Positions 18,624 through 28,813 are shown, counted from the stretch's first letter. The stretch is 64,000 bases of DNA from Candidatus Acetothermia bacterium (GCA_016179105.1 JACOSB010000054.1:84-64083); one strand, 5' to 3'. Translations and numbers: made by a program. Notes: generated by a model from the sequence alone, not told the origin.

Positions 18624-18677
18624 CCCTCACCCTTCGTCCCTCTCCCGTTTGAACGGGAGAGGGACGAAGGGTGAGGG
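18624..18677. repeat. Perfect 26-bp-stem hairpin of the CCCTCACCC...CCCTCTCCC/GGGAGAGGG type
   Basis: CCCTCACCCTTCGTCCCTCTCCCGTT-TG-AACGGGAGAGGGACGAAGGGTGAGGG right after the stop codon; no U-tract. Confidence 0.85.
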
Positions 18678-18776
18678 CTATCAAGTGACGCGATACTCCC
18701 CTCTGTCCTCTCTTGGGGTGCCGAGCATCACCTCGGAGGCTTACCGATTTTCTCGCGTAGATTCAAGTGCTTTATC

Positions 18777-18806
18777 TTGACACCCCTATGCCTGAGCTTG
18801 TATAAT
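18777..18806 (+). promoter_or_regulatory. Sigma70-type promoter
   Basis: TTGACA-18 nt-TATAAT. Confidence 0.7.
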
Positions 18807-19423
18807 CCGGCGGGTTTTGCTGCCGCTAGGTGTGATTGGGACACTCCTGAGCAGAGGAGGCTTTTATACTTAAAGTGTTTTCGGGGTTACAGTTGCTCGG
18901 GAGTCAATGTGGCATAATTTTTGTTTATAAGTAGGGAGAGCGTATTCGCGGGAGTTAGGCTTTAACGTGCAGCAGTCTGATATTTTGATCCGACAGGAGG
19001 CGGAGACCTGCATCGATTGAGACTTCCATGAATGTATCGAGCATCACAGACCAAACCGCCGATGTAGTTTACAATACTCTAAAGGACTTCGGGCGTATCT
19101 GGATTTTGCAAGGGGCGGTCACGGTGAGGAGCCACACCAAAGGCCGAAAGTTATACGTGCAATTCATACCAAGCTGCTCTCATTCGGCATTTTCCCATTA
19201 TGGCATTCATAAATATTCACCATCAAGAAAGGGGGAGATTCCATCGCGTCAAGAATTATGGCGGTCGTATGCCAGGATCCCGCGACGGTTCCATTATTTC
19301 TAGCTGGAGAGTGTAGAGAGTCTGACAGGAGGCATTAAATGACTACCAAACAACAAGCAAGCAAGAAGGAGGAGACAGCAAATGAACATACCCCAAGTAG
19401 TACATCACAAAGGAGGAGTTCAG

Positions 19424-20137
19424 ATGAACGCTAAGAGAAGTTGCATCGTATTCGCGTCGCTGGCCGTGCTAGTGCTCGGCCTAGCGCTGATCGCCGTCCC
19501 GGCCCAGGCGATTTCCATCCCGATCAATTGCGGTTCGAGCTTTTTCGCTTACGTGGGATTCCATTCTATAATGTGCGTGAACCCCATCACGGGTTTCTCC
19601 GGATTATTGGACAAGAACCCTTCGTTGAGCTGTGTCGGTTATGGTGCCAACCAGAAGCAGAATGGCCAGATCTTCATCGATAAAGCCGACTGTCTTTCGT
19701 TCTCCATTATTACTGGTCCTCTTATCGTCACCGGGGGGCCAACGGGGATCACGCTCTCAGCCTTCGCCTGGCCGTGCCGCCTCATCGCGAACGTGTTAAA
19801 GCGCAACAACCAGTTTTTAGACAAGTCTAAGCTCATCCCTATCTTTAACAGCCCTGGCTGCACTTTGAATCTCTCAAGTCGACTGACAGTGGTGCCCGCA
19901 GCGGAGCGCAGTAGCCAGAGCAAGCCGCTAGAAGCGATGACCGCGCAAGTTTATAACCTGCGCGGCCGGCTCGTCTACGAGAGCAACACGGCAGCCAGTC
20001 CGAGCCTGATCGAGACGGCGCTGAAGAGCGTCAGCCAGCAGTTGGCCCCGGGCGTCTATCTGGCCGTAGTAAGCACGCGGGGGAACCAGGGCGAACTGAT
20101 CCGCCGCGAGGTGCGTAAGCTGGTCGTCACCCGATAA
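19424..20137 (+). CDS. Secreted Cys-containing protein with T9SS-like CTD
   Basis: AGGAGGA RBS; signal peptide ending AQA; C-terminal VYNLRGRLV...LAPGVYL...RKLVVTR. Confidence 0.75.
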   Translation: MNAKRSCIVFASLAVLVLGLALIAVPAQAISIPINCGSSFFAYVGFHSIMCVNPITGFSGLLDKNPSLSCVGYGANQKQNGQIFIDKADCLSFSIITGPLIVTGGPTGITLSAFAWPCRLIANVLKRNNQFLDKSKLIPIFNSPGCTLNLSSRLTVVPAAERSSQSKPLEAMTAQVYNLRGRLVYESNTAASPSLIETALKSVSQQLAPGVYLAVVSTRGNQGELIRREVRKLVVTR

Positions 20138-20179
20138 GTTGAGGAGGGACAAATGACATCACGAGAAGGAGGAGCCCAT

Positions 20180-23100
20180 ATGAAGTGTAAGAGATCCCAA
20201 TACGTTTTTAGTATTCTGTTCTTGGCCATCGCGATCGTCGCGGTGGCTCCGTGGTCGGCTCAGGCCAATCCACCCCCAGTGCGCATACATGTCAACTCGA
20301 CACTTGACACAGTCGATGCGGCACCGGGCAATGGCATCTGCGATGATGGCGGTGGCAACTGCACGCTGCGCGCGGCGATCCAGGAGGCGAACGCCGGCGT
20401 TAACTTCGGTGTAGAGAATATCATCGAGTTTAGCATCCCATCGGCCGGCAACGCCTGCGTCTCCGGCGTCTGCACCATCACGATAGCTACTCCGCTACCA
20501 GCCTTGACTGACTCCCAACCGACGATCATCGACGGCACCACGCAGCTGCCCGCCTGTGGCAGTTTCTGCATCGTAGTCACTGGAAATCCTGTCGGCGCCA
20601 CCTTCACGATCAAGTCTGATAACAACGTGATCCGGGGCTTGGTCATTAACGGGAACACAAGTGACCCCGCGATCTTGATTACGGCTACTGGCGCTCCGGG
20701 CGGGACCGCCAACAAAAACAGCATCTTGCAAAACAAGATCGACGCCAACGGCGTCGGCGTCCGCATCGCCGCCTCTGGCGCCGGAACGACTAACACCAAT
20801 GACAACTGCATCGGCGGCCTCACAGGCGTCAATGACCTCACAAGCGAAACCTTCAGGTCCTGTGACCCCATCGCCGCCGTTGTGTATCCATCCCTCTTGG
20901 ACGGAGGCAGCGGCAACCTCATCACCAACCACAGCACTGCCGGCATCCAGGTCACGTTAGGCTCAGATGGTAACGTCATCATCGGCAACGTCATCGGTGG
21001 CGGTAACGGCATCGGCATTTCGGATGATAGCGACAGCTTTACTACCATCGGCGGTGTCCCCGGCGGCTTGCCGGCCGGCCCACTGCCTAAGGGCAACATA
21101 ATCAACGCTAACACGGGCGACGGTATCCAGCTTAACAACAACGTTTCTGGAACCTGTGGAGGTCCCGCCGGTTGCGGCACGAACATCGCAGGTAACATCA
21201 TCGGGTCAGTGGGCAGCGGGAACGGTGGTCACGGCATTCATGTCCTGGCCACCAATAACGCTCAGCAGTGCATCGGCGGAATCTTCAGCGGCACCTGCGG
21301 CGGCGGAGGTGTGTCCGGAAATAGCATCACCGCTAACATCCTCGCCGGCGTCAAGATCGACGCCACCACGATTGCGAATGACATCATTGGCAACACCATA
21401 AACTTCAATGTCTTGGACGGTGTTCGCATTGACCCATCGTCGAATCAATGCATCGGCGGCACGATCGTCGCGGGCGTCTGTACGCCCTCCGCCGGCACAG
21501 GCAACGTCATCAACAGCAACCTGGCCAACGGTGTCAGCATCGACGGCAACAACAACACCGTCATTGGCAACTGCATCGGATCAGGGCCGACGGTGGCCGC
21601 CTGCAACCTCCCGGGCCTGGGGAACGCCTTGGACGGCGTGCTGATCTTCTCCAGCGGAGGATCATCCCATGACAACGTGATCGGCGGTACGACCGATGCA
21701 GCCCGCAACATCATCAGCGGCCAGAATTCCGGGTTTGCCGGAGTGCACATCTCGGGGACCGTCGGCCCTGGAGCTGCCAACAATAACAGCGTGCTGGGCG
21801 ACTACATCGGCACCGACGGCGCGGGCACGGGCGCTAACGGCAACACTGTTGGCGTGGTAATCGAAGCACCGCTCAATAGCAGCAAGGCGAACAACAACTG
21901 CATTGGCGGTCTGATCGTCGGCGGTGTCTGCATACCGCAACTGGGAGCCCTGAATAACTTCCCGACCAACCTGGCGGGCAACCTGATTAACGCTAATGGC
22001 ACAGGTGTGTTTCTTATTGGCGGTGCGGACGGGAACAACATCATCAGCAACTTCTTCGGGCTCGACAAGACCGGAAACGCCGGGGGGGGACCCTTGGGTA
22101 ACGCTGTCGGGATCGCGGATGCTAGCGACAGCTTCACCTGCATCGGCGCTTCCAACTCGCTACCGGGTGGGTGTGTGCCGGTCAGCGGCACGATCAACGG
22201 CCGCAACATCATCAGCGGTAGCAGCCTCTTCGGCATCAAGATTTTCGAACTGATCCCCGGCGACACGGTCAATGACACCATAATTGCCAACTACATCGGG
22301 ACCGACAGGACAGGCACCATACCAGTGCCCAATCAGGTAGGAGTCTTCCTGGACCCCTCGAGCTTCAACCAGGTCGGCGGGGATGCCTTCGCCAACCCGC
22401 TCGTCCGCAACGTGATCAGCGGCAACAGCGCAGTCGGTGTCCTCATCACCGGCGTCGAGGGCCCACCGTTGACGATCACCTCGACGCACAACAGCGTCCA
22501 GGGCAACTTGATCGGGACGAAGTCCGACGCGGTCTCACCCCTGCCCAACGGCGCCGGCGTAGTGCTGGCGCTCGGCGCTCAGGACAACAACGTCGGTGAC
22601 GGCTCACTGGCCGACGCCAAGTGCAATCCGGGCCTGGGCAACGTCATCGCTTTCAATCTCGCCCATGGCGTGAACGTGGACGGCATCACGAGCTTCCACA
22701 ATAGGATCCGCTGCAACTCGATCCATGACAACGGCGGCGTGGGCATCTCGCTGACTCACCACGCCAACAACGACATCCCGCCACCGACAGTCACGGCCAC
22801 CTCGACGATCGACGGCACGGCCAAGGGCGGGAGCATCGTCGATGGCTACAATGACAATGGCGCTCAGGGTGGGACCTACATCGGCGAGGACCTCGCCAAC
22901 ACCAACTGCAACGGCGGGGGCATCTGCCAGTACACGATCACCGGCAGCAACCCCAACAAGAACGCGACAGCCACGCAGACCGATGCGCTGGGCGATACGT
23001 CGGCGTTCTCCAAAGAGCTGGCCACCAACCATGCGCCCACGGCGCTGGCTGGTAATGATGCAACCGTCCATGCGGGCATCCCGGTCACCCAGACGGGCAA

Positions 23101-24253
23101 CTGCACCGACCCTGACGCTGGCCAGACCTGTACCTTCGCTTGGTCCTTGGTGGGGGCGAACACGGCCGCTTGCAGCTTCGCCAGCCCGACCAACCAGCAG
23201 CAGGTCACGGTCAACACCAACTTAGGACCGGGGGCCTGCACGGTGCAACTGGTCGTCACGGACAATGGCAATCCGAACTTGCCGAGCGCTCCGGACAGCT
23301 TCCAGATCACCACGACGAACAACCCGCCCTTCTTCGCCAGCCCGGTCGATCAGACCGTGGTGGCGGGGCAGAGCGTAACGCTGGACTCGGGCGCTAAGGA
23401 CCCGGATGTGGATTCGCTCACTTATCTGTGGTCCTTGCCCGGCGGCGCCGGCACAGCCGGTTGCTCCCTGCCCGGACCGAACAACAACTCGACCGTGAAA
23501 GTGAACACGAGCGCGGTCGGCACGTGCCAGGTTCGCATAGACGTCAGCGACGGGCACGGCGGCACGGCCAACACGACCGTCACGATCACCACAGTCGTAG
23601 CGATCGTCTGCAACGTCTCCGCTGCCACTGTTCCTGTCTCGGATCCGATCAGGTTCCGCAGGAACCAAACCCGGCAGATTGACCTGACGGTGACCAACGC
23701 GGCCAGCAGCACCGGCGCCGCGACGATCACCGGCATCGCGGCGATCGCGGGCCTTAACCTCTCGGTCACTCAGGTGCTCTTTGGCAAGAAGAAGCTGCTG
23801 CCAGCCTTCAGCATCACGCTGCCGATCGGATCGCAGCAGACCTTCCGGGTGAGGATCAAGTCCTCGGTCAAGCAGACCTTGAGCCCACCGTTCGTTCAGG
23901 TGGCGGGTCTGTGTGGAGCAGTAGCCTTCAACACCCCGGCGAACGATCGGCTGCTGCACTTCGTGCCGGCGCTGCGACTCACGCTCGAGCAGCTGGCGGT
24001 GCGAGTGCAGGCGGGCCAGATCGTAGCTGAGGCGCAGGGCGCGGGCATCCGCAGCCTGCAGCTGCAGGTCTTCGACGCGAACGGACGGTTAGTCGTAGAC
24101 CAGACGGTTGAGGCCGCTCAGCTGAGCCTGTCGGCGGTTGACCGGAACGGAAAAGCGTTAGCCAACGGTGTTTACATGGCTGTGATCACCGTGCAGGGCA
24201 ACGACGGCAAGATACTGCGCAGTGGGGTGAAGAAGCTCCTCGTCCTGCGCTAG
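20180..24253 (+). CDS. Secreted CSLREA-type, parallel beta-helix adhesin-like protein with PKD/Ig-like domains and T9SS-like CTD
   Basis: Signal peptide ending AQA; VNSTLD...CTLRAAIQEAN; many GNxI/IGG/RNIISG repeats; NHAPTALAG and LTYLWS PKD-like motifs; LANGVYM...KKLLVLR. Confidence 0.85.
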   Translation: MKCKRSQYVFSILFLAIAIVAVAPWSAQANPPPVRIHVNSTLDTVDAAPGNGICDDGGGNCTLRAAIQEANAGVNFGVENIIEFSIPSAGNACVSGVCTITIATPLPALTDSQPTIIDGTTQLPACGSFCIVVTGNPVGATFTIKSDNNVIRGLVINGNTSDPAILITATGAPGGTANKNSILQNKIDANGVGVRIAASGAGTTNTNDNCIGGLTGVNDLTSETFRSCDPIAAVVYPSLLDGGSGNLITNHSTAGIQVTLGSDGNVIIGNVIGGGNGIGISDDSDSFTTIGGVPGGLPAGPLPKGNIINANTGDGIQLNNNVSGTCGGPAGCGTNIAGNIIGSVGSGNGGHGIHVLATNNAQQCIGGIFSGTCGGGGVSGNSITANILAGVKIDATTIANDIIGNTINFNVLDGVRIDPSSNQCIGGTIVAGVCTPSAGTGNVINSNLANGVSIDGNNNTVIGNCIGSGPTVAACNLPGLGNALDGVLIFSSGGSSHDNVIGGTTDAARNIISGQNSGFAGVHISGTVGPGAANNNSVLGDYIGTDGAGTGANGNTVGVVIEAPLNSSKANNNCIGGLIVGGVCIPQLGALNNFPTNLAGNLINANGTGVFLIGGADGNNIISNFFGLDKTGNAGGGPLGNAVGIADASDSFTCIGASNSLPGGCVPVSGTINGRNIISGSSLFGIKIFELIPGDTVNDTIIANYIGTDRTGTIPVPNQVGVFLDPSSFNQVGGDAFANPLVRNVISGNSAVGVLITGVEGPPLTITSTHNSVQGNLIGTKSDAVSPLPNGAGVVLALGAQDNNVGDGSLADAKCNPGLGNVIAFNLAHGVNVDGITSFHNRIRCNSIHDNGGVGISLTHHANNDIPPPTVTATSTIDGTAKGGSIVDGYNDNGAQGGTYIGEDLANTNCNGGGICQYTITGSNPNKNATATQTDALGDTSAFSKELATNHAPTALAGNDATVHAGIPVTQTGNCTDPDAGQTCTFAWSLVGANTAACSFASPTNQQQVTVNTNLGPGACTVQLVVTDNGNPNLPSAPDSFQITTTNNPPFFASPVDQTVVAGQSVTLDSGAKDPDVDSLTYLWSLPGGAGTAGCSLPGPNNNSTVKVNTSAVGTCQVRIDVSDGHGGTANTTVTITTVVAIVCNVSAATVPVSDPIRFRRNQTRQIDLTVTNAASSTGAATITGIAAIAGLNLSVTQVLFGKKKLLPAFSITLPIGSQQTFRVRIKSSVKQTLSPPFVQVAGLCGAVAFNTPANDRLLHFVPALRLTLEQLAVRVQAGQIVAEAQGAGIRSLQLQVFDANGRLVVDQTVEAAQLSLSAVDRNGKALANGVYMAVITVQGNDGKILRSGVKKLLVLR

Positions 24254-24283
24254 TCGCGCTTAAAAACTAAGAACGGAAACAGC

Positions 24284-24321
24284 ACCGCCCTCGGGAGTGA
24301 TCCCGGGGGCGGTTGATTTTT
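24284..24321 (+). terminator. Intrinsic terminator
   Basis: ACCGCCCTCGGGA-GTGA-TCCCGGGGGCGGT followed by TGATTTTT. Confidence 0.7.
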
Positions 24322-24333
24322 AGGGATTAGTGA

Positions 24334-24360
24334 AACCGCCAAGAGCGCCAAGAAAAAAGT
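24334..24360 (+). repeat. Solitary (CGCCAAG)n arm
   Basis: AACCGCCAAGAGCGCCAAGAAAAAAGT resembles 11858-11890. Confidence 0.75.
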
Positions 24361-24372
24361 TGGGTTAGTTTT

Positions 24373-24521
24373 TCATCGTGTCCAGTCTTCCACTTTGAGA
24401 CCATCTATCCGCTGAAAATCACTGTCTGAGGTAACTAACGTAGCGCCTAGCGAAACCGTGGTAGCAGCAATCCATAGGTCATTCAACTGAGAGTCGAAGT
24501 GTCCAGCAGGTAAATTGCCAC
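24373..24521 (-). pseudogene. VapC/PIN toxin with internal deletion and frameshift
   Basis: Minus strand reads MAIYLLDTSTLS*, then in another frame NDLWIAATTVSLGATLVTSDSDFQRIDGLKVEDWTR*; the PIN core is missing. Confidence 0.8.
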
Positions 24522-24522
24522 A

Positions 24523-24783
24523 CTATCGCTTTCGTTTTCTGATTAAAGGATTGTCAAAGTGCACAGAACGTTTACCCTCTTCGATTAACCGCATTAACTC
24601 CTCAACATCCGCAGGTTTCACATGAGGTGGTGGGGCGTCCATAGCGGCCAAGACGGCCCGGGGAGAACCTCTGGTTGCCTGTAAGGGTGTTACTAGAACT
24701 TCCGTCCCATCAGGTAGATCTGCTGGTTCTTCTAGTGTGACGGTCTTACCTCGCAGGATGCCTTTATACACTGACTGGGGCAT
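24523..24783 (-). CDS. Putative antitoxin (DUF104-like N-terminus)
   Basis: YKGILRGKTVTLEEPADLPDGTEVLV pattern; directly upstream of the PIN relic. Start set at MPQS after AGGAAGGTG. Confidence 0.65.
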   Translation of the reverse strand: MPQSVYKGILRGKTVTLEEPADLPDGTEVLVTPLQATRGSPRAVLAAMDAPPPHVKPADVEELMRLIEEGKRSVHFDNPLIRKRKR

Positions 24784-24959
24784 TAGCTTCACCTTCCTGG
24801 AACTCATTGTATCGTATCCTCTGGGATTCTCCATCTCTTGAGTCGCCAGCAGCGGCTTGGGTATCGACGTATCCATTTTCACCCAATTTTCACCTCAAAA
24901 ACGAACCAAGTGCAGTGCATCGCCCGAACTCTTTTGCTATGCTGGATTTGGTGATTCTT

Positions 24960-25520
24960 ATGGCGATGAAAGTGCATATTCCCTTCACTTACGAAGATTA
25001 CAAAAGCTTGCCGGAATCCGAGACCAAACGCTATGAGCTTTTGGGAGGAGAGCTGGTCATGGTCCCCGCACCGCTGACGTACCACCAACGGGTCTCACGC
25101 AATTTGGAAGGTTTTTTGTGGGATTTCGTGAAAGATAACGAGTTGGGTGAAGTCTACAGTGCACCCATTGATGTCGTCCTCGGGCGTCCCGGCAAAGAAG
25201 ATGTTGTCCAGCCGGATATTCTCTTTGTCGCTAAAGATCGGCTCTCGATTATCGCTGAAGAAGAGATCCGTGGTGCTCCCGATTTGGTCGTCGAGATCTT
25301 TTCGCCATCGACCGCTGAGCGCGATCGCACTTACAAGAAGAGGCTCTATGGACGCAACGGCGTCAAAGAACTCTGGCTCGTCGACCCTGACCTCAAAACC
25401 GTTGAGGTCTTCCAGTGGACGCGCCGAGGTTTTCAGAGCAAAGCTGTTTATGGGCACAAAGATCAGTTGGTCTCTCCTCTCTTACCCGGGCTTACTATTC
25501 CCTTGCGTGAGGTGTTTTAA
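24960..25520 (+). CDS. Uma2 family endonuclease
   Basis: FTYEDYKSLPESETKRYELLGGELVMVPAP, QPDI, APDLVVEIFSPST. Confidence 0.92.
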   Translation: MAMKVHIPFTYEDYKSLPESETKRYELLGGELVMVPAPLTYHQRVSRNLEGFLWDFVKDNELGEVYSAPIDVVLGRPGKEDVVQPDILFVAKDRLSIIAEEEIRGAPDLVVEIFSPSTAERDRTYKKRLYGRNGVKELWLVDPDLKTVEVFQWTRRGFQSKAVYGHKDQLVSPLLPGLTIPLREVF

Positions 25521-25535
25521 GACAAAAACCAAGCT

Positions 25536-28500
25536 ATGCAAATTCTAAAATCGCGCGGCGTGGTTGTCAGTCTGTTTCTGGTGTTTGGGTTACTCTTCGG
25601 TCAAACGACTGAAGCGTTTGCGACCTCCGTCAAGCCCCTCAATCTCGAAGACCTGGTGTCCGGCGCTGAGCTCATTTTCATCGGCAAACTCCTCTCAGCC
25701 AATAGTTTTATCGATCTGAACGGGCTACCGGTCACTGAGTACGAATTTGAAGTGCTCCACCCCATCAAAGGCAGCGCGGACTCAACGATCACGATCCGTC
25801 AGTTTGGGCTGCGCGAGGCCGACTTCGCCACGGGCCGAGCCCCAGCTTATCCGGGTGTTCCGACCTATGAAATAGATGGTGTCTATCTGCTCTTCGTGAA
25901 TGGAGAAAGTCGATTCGGCCTGCGCAACGCCGTCGGCTTGGGCCAGGGCGCTTTTTCCGTGTTTCAACAAATGACAGACCAGGGCGATTTAGAAATACGC
26001 GCCGTCAATGCCTATAACAATGCTGGGCTTTTCAAAAATACTCGTATTCTGAACCGCCTCAATCTAAACCCGAACGAGCGCGTTCTCTTGCAATCTCGGG
26101 GCGATCTGCTGCCGATCGATTCGTTTGTTTCGCTCGTCGAAAAATTTGTCGAAAAAATGACACCCGCTCAGTTCGTGGCACCGCGCGGACCGAGCGCGGT
26201 CCCCCTCTCCGTGCGATTGGCCGATACACTCGGCAAAGCACCGGCAGAAGAAACGCCTTCGGAAGATTTAGAAAAACCTCTCCAAGGTCCGCTGGTCGTC
26301 GCGAGCGACGGCAGCCCCTACGTCTGGGATATCCCCTCAGCGACCAACCCGAGTGGGTCATTGACAGCAATTCCCTATAACCCCGATGGTGATCTGACGG
26401 ATCCTGTCTTGGGCACCTTAGGCAAGGCCGGCGCTGATGCCGCTGTGGCTAGTTTGTTCAACGGCTGGACGGCCGATTCAGGCGTGGGAGGCCAAGTTCC
26501 CACAACCTCCGTTAAATTTGTGAATGCCGGGAATCTCCCCGTCGATTGCACCGCGAGCAACATCACGGCGACCGGGTGCCTGCCCAACTTCGCCGACGGC
26601 TTCAACCCGATCATCTATGACGAAGATGGCAGTATCACCCGCGCGCTCTTTGGCAGCGGAGCCGAGTGCAGCATTCTGGGCTTTGCCGGTCCCGATTTTG
26701 TCGATTCCAGCCATCACATCGTCGAAGCGAGCGCCACCCTTAACGGCATCTGGATCGATGGCCAGAGCAACTCTGCCCAGTGCAACAGAAATACAGAAAT
26801 TTCTCAGGATGAATTTCTGGGCGTCTTCGCCCATGAGTTCGGGCACTTCTTCGGGCTCGACCACACCCAGATCAATCTCAACCTCTATCTGAATAATGCC
26901 AATCTGGTCATTGGGTCTACGAATTACGGAGTCCCTCCCGTTCAGTCGATTGCGACGATGGAACCGTTCATCGCCGGACAAGACGCTCGGTCCCTAGAGA
27001 CCGACGACAAAGCTTCGGTCTCGCGGCTCTATCCGGCCTTGGATGGCAGCTTCAGTAATACCCTTGGCTCGATCAGCGGAAAAATCCTGCGCTCGGATGG
27101 AGTCACGCCCTTCGATTGTGCCAACGTCATCGCCCGCGACCTGAGTGACCCGTTCCATAAAGCCGTCTCGGGCCCCTCGGGCGACCGAGGTTCTACCAAG
27201 GGCGGAGCCTTTGGCTTACGTGGCGTCTATGAGATTGTGGGCTTGCCACCGGGAAGCTATGCGGTCAAAGTCGAGCGCATTCGCTCCAACTTCATCAACG
27301 GTTCTTCAGTAGGCCCTTGCAACTCGAGCCAGCCTTCTCTCCCAAGCCCTGAAGAATTCTGGAACAGTGCTGAAAGCTCGAGTGACAATCCCGGCGATTT
27401 CACAGCGCTCACGATCAACGCCGGGACGGCCTTTACTGGCATAGACATCATTCTCAACGCTGCTCCTGCGGTTGATCTCTCTGTCTCCCAGACTGTCGCT
27501 CCCACGCAAGGCACGGTGGGGAACAAACTGACTTACACGATCACCGTCACCAACAACGGCCCCACAGCAGCCACCAATGTCTCTCTAACGGATACCCTGT
27601 CGGGAAACTTCACCGTCGTCTCTGCTGTGCCCAGCCAGGGGAGTTGTAATCTCCCCAGCCCCATCAACTGTAGCCTAGGCACTCTCAACAATGGGGCTTC
27701 GGCAGGGGTTACTCTCAGTCTCACTCCCACCGCGGCTGGAACGATCACGAGCACCGCCACGGTCTCGGCGACTCAGCCCGACTCCAGTCCCGCGAACAAT
27801 TCATCCGTGGTCAGCACCAGCGTCAACGCGACGACCGATCTGTCGGTAGTCCAGTCGGGTTCACCTAATCCCGCAATTGTCGGGAACCCTCTGACTTACA
27901 CGATCACGGTCACCAACAACGGTCCCGCGACTGCCACCGGCGTCACGGTGAGTGATCCCTTGCCCACGGGTGTCACGTTTGTCTCGGCTTCCTCCGGCTG
28001 TACGCTCTCGGGGAGCACGCTCACCTGTGGGGTGGGCACTCTGGCGAATGGGGGGAGCGCGATCCTCACGCTCATCGTCACCCCCACTGCGGCGGGTCTA
28101 TTGAGCAACACAGCCAGCGTGACCAGCAGCGTCACAGACCCCAACATGATCAATAACAACGCTATGGCTAGCATCACAGTGAATCCTCCACCTTGCGCGG
28201 GTGTGACGTTGACAGCCTCGCCGGCCACGATCGTTTACACCAAGAGCCGCCAACGCAAGACGGTAAGTGTCACCATCGCCAATAGCACAAGCAATCCCAT
28301 CACCGTGATAGGTTTCGCTCCTCAAGCCGGACAGCCTTTCAAAATCATCAGTGTCAGCCCAAGCCTGAAGAAGAATAGCAACAAAACTATCAAGCCCGGC
28401 GTTGTGAAGACTTTCGATGTCAAGACGCAAGGACCATCCACGGCCTCAGCCATCCCAGCGACGGCGAACGCGCCGTACCTCACCACGACGCTCAGCTGTG

Positions 28501-28808
28501 GCACGGTCACCTCCGCGAGCACATTGCCCTCGTTCTCTCTGGACGACCTAAGTATCAGAACCGACGGTGCTTCGATAGAGATCACTGCCCAGGGCCAAGG
28601 TATTGATTCAATGACAGCGCGCGTCTATGATTTGAAGGGTCGCTTAGTGCTCGTAGACCAGAGCGAGAGTGCAAGGCTCACCATCGAGATCGCCGACGCT
28701 GGCAGAAAGCTTCTGGCCAACGGTATCTATCTCGCTCTGATCACTGTGCGTAATAGCGATAACACAATCAAGCATAGCGAGATCAAGAAAATTTTGATCC
28801 ACCGGTAA
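25536..28808 (+). CDS. Secreted metzincin metalloprotease with two DUF11 Ig-like domains and T9SS-like CTD
   Basis: Signal peptide ending AFA; HEFGHFFGLDH plus Met-turn (ATMEP); two DLSV...LTYTITVTNNGP repeats; LANGIYL...KKILIHR. Confidence 0.88.
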   Translation: MQILKSRGVVVSLFLVFGLLFGQTTEAFATSVKPLNLEDLVSGAELIFIGKLLSANSFIDLNGLPVTEYEFEVLHPIKGSADSTITIRQFGLREADFATGRAPAYPGVPTYEIDGVYLLFVNGESRFGLRNAVGLGQGAFSVFQQMTDQGDLEIRAVNAYNNAGLFKNTRILNRLNLNPNERVLLQSRGDLLPIDSFVSLVEKFVEKMTPAQFVAPRGPSAVPLSVRLADTLGKAPAEETPSEDLEKPLQGPLVVASDGSPYVWDIPSATNPSGSLTAIPYNPDGDLTDPVLGTLGKAGADAAVASLFNGWTADSGVGGQVPTTSVKFVNAGNLPVDCTASNITATGCLPNFADGFNPIIYDEDGSITRALFGSGAECSILGFAGPDFVDSSHHIVEASATLNGIWIDGQSNSAQCNRNTEISQDEFLGVFAHEFGHFFGLDHTQINLNLYLNNANLVIGSTNYGVPPVQSIATMEPFIAGQDARSLETDDKASVSRLYPALDGSFSNTLGSISGKILRSDGVTPFDCANVIARDLSDPFHKAVSGPSGDRGSTKGGAFGLRGVYEIVGLPPGSYAVKVERIRSNFINGSSVGPCNSSQPSLPSPEEFWNSAESSSDNPGDFTALTINAGTAFTGIDIILNAAPAVDLSVSQTVAPTQGTVGNKLTYTITVTNNGPTAATNVSLTDTLSGNFTVVSAVPSQGSCNLPSPINCSLGTLNNGASAGVTLSLTPTAAGTITSTATVSATQPDSSPANNSSVVSTSVNATTDLSVVQSGSPNPAIVGNPLTYTITVTNNGPATATGVTVSDPLPTGVTFVSASSGCTLSGSTLTCGVGTLANGGSAILTLIVTPTAAGLLSNTASVTSSVTDPNMINNNAMASITVNPPPCAGVTLTASPATIVYTKSRQRKTVSVTIANSTSNPITVIGFAPQAGQPFKIISVSPSLKKNSNKTIKPGVVKTFDVKTQGPSTASAIPATANAPYLTTTLSCGTVTSASTLPSFSLDDLSIRTDGASIEITAQGQGIDSMTARVYDLKGRLVLVDQSESARLTIEIADAGRKLLANGIYLALITVRNSDNTIKHSEIKKILIHR

Positions 28809-28813
28809 ATGGT

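Noticed and set aside
19028-19303. 91-aa ORF in the long leader
   Set aside because: No recognisable motif and weak start context; not called as a gene.
20260-23959. Long antisense ORFs within the beta-helix gene and similar large genes
   Set aside because: Shadow frames caused by GC-rich codon bias and Gly/Asn/Thr-rich repeats.
27526-27925. Direct repeat CTGACTTACACGATCAC.GTCACCAACAACGG as a DGR template/variable pair
   Set aside because: Explained by tandem DUF11 domains; no reverse transcriptase and no adenine-specific pattern.
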